From the human T2T-CHM13v2.0 reference genome, Homo sapiens, in assembly GCF_009914755.1 (NCBI RefSeq), contig NC_060941.1: a stretch of DNA of 64,000 nucleotides; one strand, 5' to 3'. Within the stretch, counting starts at the first letter, position 1; each line of letters begins with the position of its first letter. The position numbers and the translations under genes are program-made. Below are positions 16,991 to 28,512 of this stretch, one piece after another. The notes beneath the pieces are model-generated. The model had not been told where the DNA came from. It worked only from the letters and a program-made list of their open reading frames with translations, and did no database searches.

Positions 16991-17696
16991 GAAAATATTG
17001 TCTTGCTATAGCCACTTAGGTATCAGAAAGTGTATAGGACCCAGTACAAGCTCCCTCCCTGGAGCAGTTCTGTTGGAGAGTCTCCTGGCAGCTCCCTATG
17101 TTAAGTTTCAGGGCCTGGGAGGGTAGAGGGTCTCTTTCCTGGCTAAGATTGCATGGTTCCATGGTTGGGGATGTGGGCCGCTGGAATTCTCTTACTTACC
17201 CTTGCCTTGTGTTGGGAAGCCACTCCCAGCTCCCAGCCTATCCTAGCCAAGCAGGCTACTTGTCTTCCTTCTCCTACCCACTTTTGGTGTTTCCTGTTAG
17301 TTCTCTGTTGAATTCCAGTGTTTTACCTTGGACAGTGTATTTGAAGTGTGATTCTCTATGCACTATTTTGGTTCTTCTAAGTGGAAGAGGTGAGCATGAA
17401 ATGGTGTTTGACCAAAGTCTATATCCCTTTCATTCACAAATGATAACGTATATATGCTCTTTGGCAAACTGCTTTTTTTTTTCTTTTGCTTAACAATATT
17501 TCCTGGAAATTAGTTCATTTGATAGAATTTTGCACTATTTCTATAGTGCAAAATTCTGACTCATCTTTGATTTTGTTGAACCAAGATACAAATGTAATTT
17601 TCTGATGATTCTAAATTTAGACCAAAATTTCTGACTTAGTTACTTTTGTGTAGAACTGCTGACTCAGTTGTAGTTGAATTTGAAAGGTAAGAATAG

Positions 17697-17997
17697 GGCT
17701 GGGCGTGGTGGCTCACTCCTGTAATCCTGGCACTTTGGGAGGCTAAGACTGGTGCATCACTTGAGGCCAGGAGTTTGAGACCAGCCTGGCCAACATGGGG
17801 AAACCTCGTCTCTACTAAAAATAAACAAAAAAAATCCAGGCGTGGTGGCATGTGCCTGTAATCCCAGCTACTTGGGAGGCCGAGGCGGGAGAATTACCTG
17901 AACCCAAGAGGCAGAGGTTTCAGTGAGCTGAAATCATACCACTGCACTCCAGCCTGGGTGACGGAGTGAGACTCTGTCTCTTAAAAAAAAAAAAAAG
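17697..17997 (+). mobile_element. AluS, followed by short (GTT)n
   Basis: Full dimer; TSD gaaaggtaaga. Confidence 0.9.
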
Positions 17998-19206
17998 AAA
18001 GGTAAGAGTGTTGTTGTTGTTGTTGTTGTTTTTTACATATTTGTCCTTGAGTATTTTAATTACCAGAAGCAGGGAATAAGTAATAGCCTTTCTTTTCTTG
18101 CTTATGCAGCAGGAGGCAGCAGAGGAATAATTTTCATAATTATTTGAATGTGTATTTGTGGATGAATGAGTGAGCAAGAGAGAGATTCTTTTTATTTGCT
18201 AAAATGATCACTTTTCAAATTCTTTATTGTACTCTATGTGAAACCACATTTGATGATCACCTGACATTTGGAAAATTCCTCACTTCTCTCTTTCAAATCT
18301 ATTTAAGCAGTCATTCAGTGTGATGTAACAGAGATTGCTTAAAAAAATCTTGACTTTGCATATCATACTTTTAAGGGTGTTCCATTCTATTATAATATAT
18401 TACTATTGCTTTCAGGGATGTTTAAAATAACAATGTCAGTGATGAAGAAAATTTTGAATTAAGAATAAAAGGATTACATATCAGTCTTCATCAGAGGACC
18501 TGGTTTTAAACAATGTAAAGCATTTTTAATTTTTACTTTTTGTGAGATATAGATTCTTCGTGAATTCCAGAGGTTCTAAAAAACTCATAATGTGGTGCAG
18601 TTCTAATACTCTACCCTTGTCATTTTGTTTTTTAAAAATGTTAAACATACAAATCTGGCTAATGACATTTTTTGCTAAATATAGGAAGTAGAGGACCAGT
18701 GGAGAATTTAATCCTGGTTTATTGCGTAGCATGTGAAATAATCATGCATATCAAAGTAGTGATTCATTTTGAAAATTGGCAGTTTGCTTTATTTATGTCA
18801 GTCACAAATAAGGATATGTCTTTTTCATTCCTAATGGTAAAAGTTTAAGCTCTCTGAAGTGGACAGCTAATATACTTGTCATAGTTGATTTATGCGTAAT
18901 TTGTAATGCTTTTCCACTGACACAATTGAAAATATAAATATGGCAAAATCTTTTGTCTACTTTTTATGTTTTCTTTTATAATCTTTGTGGAGGAGTTAAC
19001 AGGATAAAACATCTAATTTGTTAGCATGTCAGATATTTAAGTTAGGAAGTCATGTGTAAGTCCTTTGATTACGTTTTTAAAATTTATTTGTGGAAAGGCC
19101 ACCAGACCCCAATCCTACCATTTCAGAGTTTATGGATTCTTAAAGACCATTCTTCTTGTAATGAAAACCGTAGTTGAGCATGAAACTGCCTGAGTGGCAC
19201 CAGTAG

Positions 19207-19512
<306 letters not shown>

Positions 19513-20271
19513 TAGTAATTGTTCAGATTTCTCTCCTGAATTATATTTTCTATTGTAATGATTGTAGTGCTTGTACTTATCCAATTTTAAAGATTTTAAG
19601 TCTGTTAACTAGCTTCAAGACTGTTACCTAATTAATACCACATTTGGAAGAAGCTTTCCATGTTTTAAACAGTGACTTCTGGATTCTCTGTGATTTGCAT
19701 CGTTCTGCCTACACTGACATCCCTTTGCATCTTTGAACATTTCAGAGTCTTCTTCTCATGAAAAGAATATTATTCCCTATGAAAACTTGAGTCAGTCCCT
19801 CGTCACATTCAAAGATTCTTTTATATCAAGGGGCTGCCCCTTCATGTTTGTCAAGTGAGCTCTTTTTTTCATGTGTGTGAGGGTTAATTTTGATGATGTC
19901 TGGTAAACTTTATGCTGATTATAAGGTATTCTTGTAACCACTATCCTTTAGAATTGTGAAGTATACAACAAAACAATTCTAATAATAGGAATGACAGAGT
20001 GAATCTAAAAGACAACATATAATAGAAAGCACAACCATTCAGAAAAGAACAACAGTTTAAAGCAAACCACAGAGTGGGAATCAAAGGTCACACTGTTTTA
20101 TGTAAAACAAATACAAAAATACTTCATATTTGATCACAGACGCTTACATGATGCGCTTCAGAATGTGTTCCTTGGTTTGATGAGAGAAGCATTACATATT
20201 TTTCACCCAAAAGGGAATTAACCATTAGGTCTTTATGCCTATAGCACTATGAGTTTTTAGATTTCAGAAAT

Positions 20272-20501
20272 CTTTTTTCTTTTCTTAAGACAGGGTCTCG
20301 CTCTGTTGCTCAGGCAGGAGTGAACACCCACCTCAGCCTTCCAAGTAGCTGGGACTACGGGCGCATGCCGCCACGCCTGGTTTGTAGAGACAGGGTTTTG
20401 CCATGTTACGCAGGCTGGTCTTGAACTTCTGAGCTTAAGCAATCCACCCACCTCAGCCTCCCAAAGTGCTGGGGTTACAGGTGTGCATCACCGCACCCAG
20501 C
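20272..20501 (-). mobile_element. AluJ-like with internal deletions
   Basis: Shortened antisense Alu. Confidence 0.8.
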
Positions 20502-20893
20502 AATTGCAGAAATCTTAATAAAGATTGCTTACTTTTCTCCATTGTGTATAGAAAAATTATGATGGTTATTTCAATGAAGAGCTGAGAGAGAGTATTTAGA
20601 AAACATCTTCAGTATTAGTCTACTCATTTATCCACAAAATACAACGAGATCTTTTTCTCAAGTATTAGACTCCTTTTAGACTTGTCTATCTCATACACAT
20701 GGGTCACGATAGTTTAGCTTATGATCATTTTCAGTAATTTTTAGTTATGGAATGGAGGATAACTTTTCAGCTCCTGTTTGCTATTCTTATGTGTTTATGT
20801 GCTTATATAAAAAGAAAGTGATCTTCATTCCATGTTTTGCTGTGGACATGCTGGAGTGAGGCTGGACTTAAGATGTTTTAAAAATAAGTGCAG

Positions 20894-21239
<346 letters not shown>

Positions 21240-21319
21240 TCAATATTGGGAACTGTGAGGCATATACTCATGTCTTCCACATTTAAGACTATGAAATTAT
21301 GTTTAATATAACACTTTAG

Positions 21320-21570
21320 GGCTGGATGCTGTGCCTCGTGCCTGTAATACCAGCATTCTGGGAGGCTGAGGTGGGAGGATCACATGAGCTCAGGAATTTG
21401 AGACCAGCTGAGGCAATATAGTGAGACCCTGTCTCTACAAAAAAATTTAAAAATTATCTGAGTGTGATGGTACATGCCTGTTGTCCCAGCTACTCCAGAG
21501 GCTAAGGTGGGAAGATTGCTTGAGCATTGGAGGCCGAGGCTACAGTGAGCCATGATTGCGTCACTGCAAT
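21320..21570 (+). mobile_element. AluJ, 3' truncated
   Basis: Diverged dimer lacking tail. Confidence 0.85.
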
Positions 21571-21873
21571 CTGTTTACTTTTCTTTTTGGGAGAATATAA
21601 GGGTTATTTTTAAAAAACTCACAAAGATGTCTCCAGACCTAGAAAACTTCTCTAGAGAATTCTTTTTAATATTTAAGAATAAACAATGGCAATATTACAA
21701 AGACTCTTCCAGTGAATAAGCAAAGTCAGATTATGCCTAATCTGGTTTGATGAAGCCAGATCACCTTAATACTAAAACTTTAGAAGAGCATTATAATACA
21801 AGAACACTACAGTCCAAATCAATGAACATAGATGTGAAAAATCCTAAATAAAATATTTGCAGAAAAACAGCAT

Positions 21874-22058
21874 TATATAGGATACCATATATATTGTGTC
21901 ACAGTCCATTTGGAATAAGAATATATGGACATAATTATAGTATAATATATAGGACACAATATATGCTGTGTCACAATCCACTTGGGATAAGAATATATAG
22001 GACACAATTCTTCAGTATATAGGACGCTATATATTGTGTCACAATCCATTTGAGATAA
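21874..22058 (+). repeat. Degenerate tandem repeat, about 70-72 bp x 2.6, within an old L1M fragment
   Basis: Units start at 21874, 21946 and 22016, each tatatagga...tgtgtcaca(g/a)tcca(t/c)ttg. Confidence 0.85.
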
Positions 22059-22387
22059 TCCACAATATAAGCTGGTTTATCACTCAAGATCAATGAGCAT
22101 AATTTGCACATTTAACAGGAGAAAATTATATGCTTATCACAATAGATGAACAAAAAGTATTTGATAAAATTGAAAATATATTCATTGATAAAATCTTAAT
22201 AAATACAGATAGTTTCTGGTTCTCTTGGTTTTTAAATTTTTCTCAAATTATCAAACTTGTTTAAACACAGTAAACCTGGTCATACTGAAGTCTGTTTCTG
22301 ATAACTCTAATGTCTGGTTCCCTTTTGGGTCCATTTCTCTTGTGTGTTGTTTCTGCTCGTTCTCATTTATTATGACTTGAGTCCTTG

Positions 22388-23007
22388 TGAAGCGGTGTCA
22401 TTTGTCTGGGGTAATACCCGAAGTTTGTTGTCTCATGCCAAGGAAATTGAAGACGCGGACACACAAGGAATGGGTTTAAGAGTGGAAGTTTCATAGATGA
22501 AGAAAGAAGAGAGCTTCCTCCTGCAGAGAGAGGGGGCCTGAGCGGGTTTCAGGATTGGGGCGAGATGTGATTGGTTTTATAGATGAGCTTGAGGAGGTCA
22601 TGTTTGATTTACATAGGGTGTAGTGGGTTGGTTGGACCAGGTGTGTCATTTGCATAGCATGTGTAGAGGCTGGCTATCCCACCATAATCTTTTATTATGC
22701 AAATGGAGTCTCTACCTGGCTGGTGCCATGTTGCCTGCACATGTGGTTACAAAGAAAAGGTAAGAGGGAACCTCTCGGTTGAATATACCTGACTTCCAGA
22801 TATCCCTTTTCTATTGGCACAGCTGCTGGCATTCACCTATGCAAGCTTCCAGCTTGCTTATCTATGCTTGCAGCTTGATCTTTCAGGCTGCTTTTTGTTA
22901 GAAAAGAAATTATTTGGGGGCTGATTTTTATTTAAAGGAAAACCTTGCTGAGGACTCTCTTACTCTCACTAACTGCCTAAATAATTTCTTTTTAACTCCT
23001 GTTATCA
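22388..23007 (-). mobile_element. Solo ERV1-class LTR (MER50-like)
   Basis: TG...CA termini, 4-bp TSD cttg (22384-87, 23008-11), minus-strand CCAAT and TATAAAA; family call from recalled consensus. Confidence 0.8.
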
Positions 23008-25719
23008 CTTGTTTGCCAGAATTTATTTCAAAACTTTTTAGAAAATAGTTTTGAGTTTGGGATGACAGTGGAGTTCTGGGACAGTATCAGTCTTGAATAA
23101 TAATCCAATTTCAGGGATTGAGATTATTTGAGTGAAGTTCACCTGCAATAGCTGTGGTCACCTTATTGCTGTAGGTGGACTCTTCTATTGTATATTTCTT
23201 TATGTTCAAACCCAAGCTTGGAGGGAATGTCACCAAGTAGACCCATTTGGCAGGGCTTTGACTCTCATAGATGATTTTCTAGTTCCATCTATCAAAAACA
23301 CCACTTAGTTTCTTAGCACCCTACCTCCTGCTTCCTAGAATCACCAGATACCTCTAGGCCTAAATGCCTAGCTGAAATGTCTGGATTTCCTTATTCTTTC
23401 GGATTCTGACTTTGTAACTCAGTACCTTCAAGCAGCATTTTACAAAAATATTCTCTTCGATTTTCCTAGTTGTTCTCATTAGTGGAAATCAGATTGATCT
23501 GATTTCCCCAACCTGTCATTATTGAAAATAGAAAACATATTTTCTTATTTATTTTTTAACCATTTCTAGGTGATATATTTTTTGAGATACAACATGGAGA
23601 GCACGTTAAAAAGCCATGTAGTATGTGCTCCTTAAGAAAAATACTTAAGTAATTTTACAGTTACTTTATTAAGTCACTTTCTCTGAAAGTGTAATCATTA
23701 CTCTTTTACTCTTTCCGATGACAGCTTCCCTTGTGGCTTAATAGAGGTTATTAACCACTTTGTTATATAGAAGGATGAATTATTAATTTTTTTGTCTTAA
23801 ATTTTTTGTCTCACTGCAATTGTGAGGATAAATATATTCATTGCATATGTACTTGGAGCTCCTTAGAGGAAATAATCTTTTTTACATTTTCTGCATTTCC
23901 AAATACAACTTGCATAATATTTATGCTATTAATGTTTTTTCCTTTGATTTTCCAAGTAATTTGACTTTTCTCATAAAGAATATGAGAGTCATGAATTTTT
24001 TATGGTAGTGATAAAAAATATTGAAATTGTTCAAATGAGATTATTTGACACATTTATAAAATCTTGGTCCATATTTTCTAGTTCCCTCATTACCGTCTTA
24101 TTTTCATGTGTGTTACCAGTGTGGTCAATTGATTTAATAAAAATGCCCCTGTTTTCTCTTGTTATCTGATAACTTCCTAATGACAACTAACAGCTTTTGT
24201 GAGAGCAGCACCATTAGCACTAATGGATAGGGAGGCCAACTGATATGGCATGGGAAAGGTTAAAGATGACTAGTGACCCTTCGGCAAATCTGCTTGCAGC
24301 AGAACAGAATAAGTACCATGCTCATTTGAATTATAGGTCATAACGGATTTTCTCACACTTTCGTTATAGTCTGTCATGTTCAGCTGTCTTACAGCTACAG
24401 TTTAGTTCTGTGAGTACTTGTGTGAAGATTCATCAGTGATTTAATGAACATTTTTATGTAGATACCTCAGATTGTGAGGACACTTAGTCTAATTTTTCAT
24501 CTCCTTTTGGCCAGGTTATACTTCTCTATTCCTAATTTTTGCTGAGGCTTTATAATTTTTCATATATATTTGAGAAAATAGTCAGATATATACATACTCT
24601 GTCTACTAAAATTAATTGGAGAGACAAATTACTGTGAGGTGATTTAGATTTCCGTTAAATAACATTATCAGTTAACTTCTGGACACTAGTGCTCATAGAT
24701 GTGCTTGATGCTAACATGGAAACAAATTTACCCTAAAAGCAAGGGTCTTTACAAATGCAGAAAACTTCCAGCACTTTTCTCTAACACCCCTGACTCCCTG
24801 CATAGTTAATGGGTTATGATAAATAGTAGTATCTTGTAACTTGCTATACAAATTGCATATTTGATGACTTAAATTTTGAGTTTAGATTTTTGTCCACTAC
24901 TAAGACAACTCCATCAATAGTCATGTTTTTTTTTTCCCTAGGAAATATCAAACACTCTTCATGTAATATGAGCTGTTGACTATGAAATCTACTGCTGTCT
25001 TCTCTCTGTGGATCTTTTTCCTGGTTCTCTTATGTTAACTTTTACTGTTGTGGTTTGCTTTGGTACACATTACTTTCCACTTTTTATGTGCTCCAGTTCT
25101 TTTAGTTTTATTCCTTTTCATTGGTATAAGAGCATGAAATAATAGGCTCAGGGGCAAATGGGGAGGATATACAACCAAAGACTTTAAAACTAAAAGGCAT
25201 TCCTTTGATAAAGGGATAGCTGTGTTTAAGTGGGAGCATCTCCATTAGCATTAATGGAGTGAGTACATCAGTTAAGGCATCTCAGAGGTTAATCAGGCTT
25301 CCTGGCCTGCTCTTGACATCAATACACTGTGGCGCCTGAATCTGTTGGTCCTTCAGAGGCTTACTTGACAACACTCCAACAGACTTTGTGTAAGTCATTT
25401 CTTGTGAATTATTGAAAGAAATGTTTGGCTGCTAATTGAGGAACGTTGATGTGTTTTATAATCGCGGGAGTTTGAGTTTTTAGCACTAAACAAAACAGTT
25501 ACAATTGATTTGTGGCTTTCTCTTGGTTTTAGTCTGCTGTTAAATTATATCTTTTTATTTGAATTCAGCATATGGCTTTGCTGGTCATTTTTATTTAAGT
25601 ATTTATTAGTATATTATTATGGATTTTAATTTTTCCTGTTTTCCACCTTTCAGACATCTGTGTTTTGTATTCATTAACTGTGAGATCACAAGTAGTAACA
25701 GAAATAGATTACAAGGCAG

Positions 25720-25910
25720 TACAGGATAGTGTAAAAATCAGGCCCTGGAGACAGATGGTCCCAGTTTTGAATTCTGACTTTGTCATTGGGTAACTGTTTG
25801 AGCTTCCATTTTACTTAACTTCCCTAGCCTCGATTTTCTCTTTCATAAAATTGAAGTATCTGAGGAAATCTATCAACATAGTTTATGTTAAGTGCCTTTA
25901 CCAGTCCCTA
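25720..25910 (+). mobile_element. MIR fragment
   Basis: Diverged MIR core (ttgaattctgactttgtca...cctcgattttctctttcataaaat). Confidence 0.55.
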
Positions 25911-27253
25911 GTCCATAGAAAAGCCACCGTGGAAACATAGCTACCATAAAATAATGCATCTATTATTAGTGCTAGTTTTATGGTATTTTAATAGAACACT
26001 TCTTTGGAAAATACTTCTCCCATTTTCAGTTTTAATCTAATTATTGCTTACATCACATTTAGACCTCTATACACAACTGTCTTTGTGTACTATTTATGAA
26101 TTAAAATTTGAAATACCATGTATATAATAGTTTATATTTTCAAATTTAGCCATAGCATGTGCCAGAATTAGGTAAGGATTTTTTTTTCATAATTGTTTTA
26201 GAAAAGATAGTCACCTCATTGAAGATTAATTTGAAATATTTTAATGAAACTTTTTTTCTTACAACATGAGAATTGGAAAAATGTACCTATATTATTTAAA
26301 ATGTAATTTTTGATGTGTCTAAGTATTCTAGGGTGCCTGTTTTTGTTCTAATGATGATACCCTTCTTCAGCAATGTGTGACTCACAAGTATTTGTCTTTA
26401 TTTTAGCTTTCTTCCTTTCATTTCTTTTTCTGTAGACTCAGAAACTTGAAGCTTTCTTCCTTTCAGATGAAAAAACTTGTTATTTAGAAAAATGTTTCTA
26501 TTAATGCATATGAAGATAATCAGAGGATATTCACATAGAAGAAAAAATATTTCACGAGTTAGTTTTACTTATATGTTTTGAATGAAATGGAGCTAAAATG
26601 TAATTATAAACATCTTAAGTTATCTTTAATTGAAATAATATAGTAGGAGCACCACATTTAATTGTTTTCTGTTACCAGATAGAAAATAACTCTCTTAACT
26701 AATTTAGTATGATACTTCATTCATCCAGTGATTAATATCTTGGACAGAGATTGTGTTTTCCATATGCCAAATCTTGGTATACAGTATTATATAACAGCAT
26801 ATTCATAGATTTGCTTTGGAAGCACATTCTTTTCCACATAGGTATTCTACCAGTGTCTCAGTCTTTTTCATACTAGAAATAGGTATACAATTAGAGTTAT
26901 AATATTTCAAAGAATTGACCATTTCATAGTTTCTACTTCTTCCTATGTCATTGATTTTAAGATGTATACATTAAGAGGAGGGAATGAAAGAAATATCTTC
27001 TATAAAAATATAATTGTACCCTTATGTAAAACAGAGCTCTTTAATTTTTTTAACTATGGCTTTATGCCTGCCATGGTGACTTTAGAGACTTTACTGATGC
27101 CATTCCCTCAAACTAATACTGATATTCTAATTAAAATTCAAGATCATTAAAAGTCAGACTGAATGTCTGTGACAGTTTACTGCTATAAAAGATTGTAAGA
27201 GAATAAATAACATAATGATTAGGAAAATTAATAAAATGCGTATTTCTATGTAG

Positions 27254-27523
<270 letters not shown>

Positions 27524-27804
27524 TAAGATCAAGATTAGTCAAAATGTATTTGGCCTAGGAGATTATCAATTTGGAATTTTAGGAATTCAGATTATTTCAA
27601 ATGAGGTTTTTCTTTAAAAATGATTAGTAACATGTTAGAACCTGCTGTTTTGAACATTATTAATGCATCAAACCTGAAGGTAAAGTCGAGGTTCTAAGAG
27701 ATTCTCTTATCTGTGAGGACATTTGTTTCATAAATAAATAATTATATAACATTTAATACTGTTCTGTTCATAATATTCTTTTTTTTCTTAACTTGCTACC
27801 CTAG

Positions 27805-28512
<708 letters not shown>

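Noticed and set aside
15263-17493. GC-rich stretch with several ORFs, resembling a promoter or gene
   Set aside because: Sits at the 5'UTR position of the old L1, is CpG-depleted, and the peptides are unrecognisable
21874-22058. CRISPR-like repeat-spacer appearance
   Set aside because: Eukaryotic intron, degenerate units, non-unique spacers and no cas genes; it is a tandem repeat
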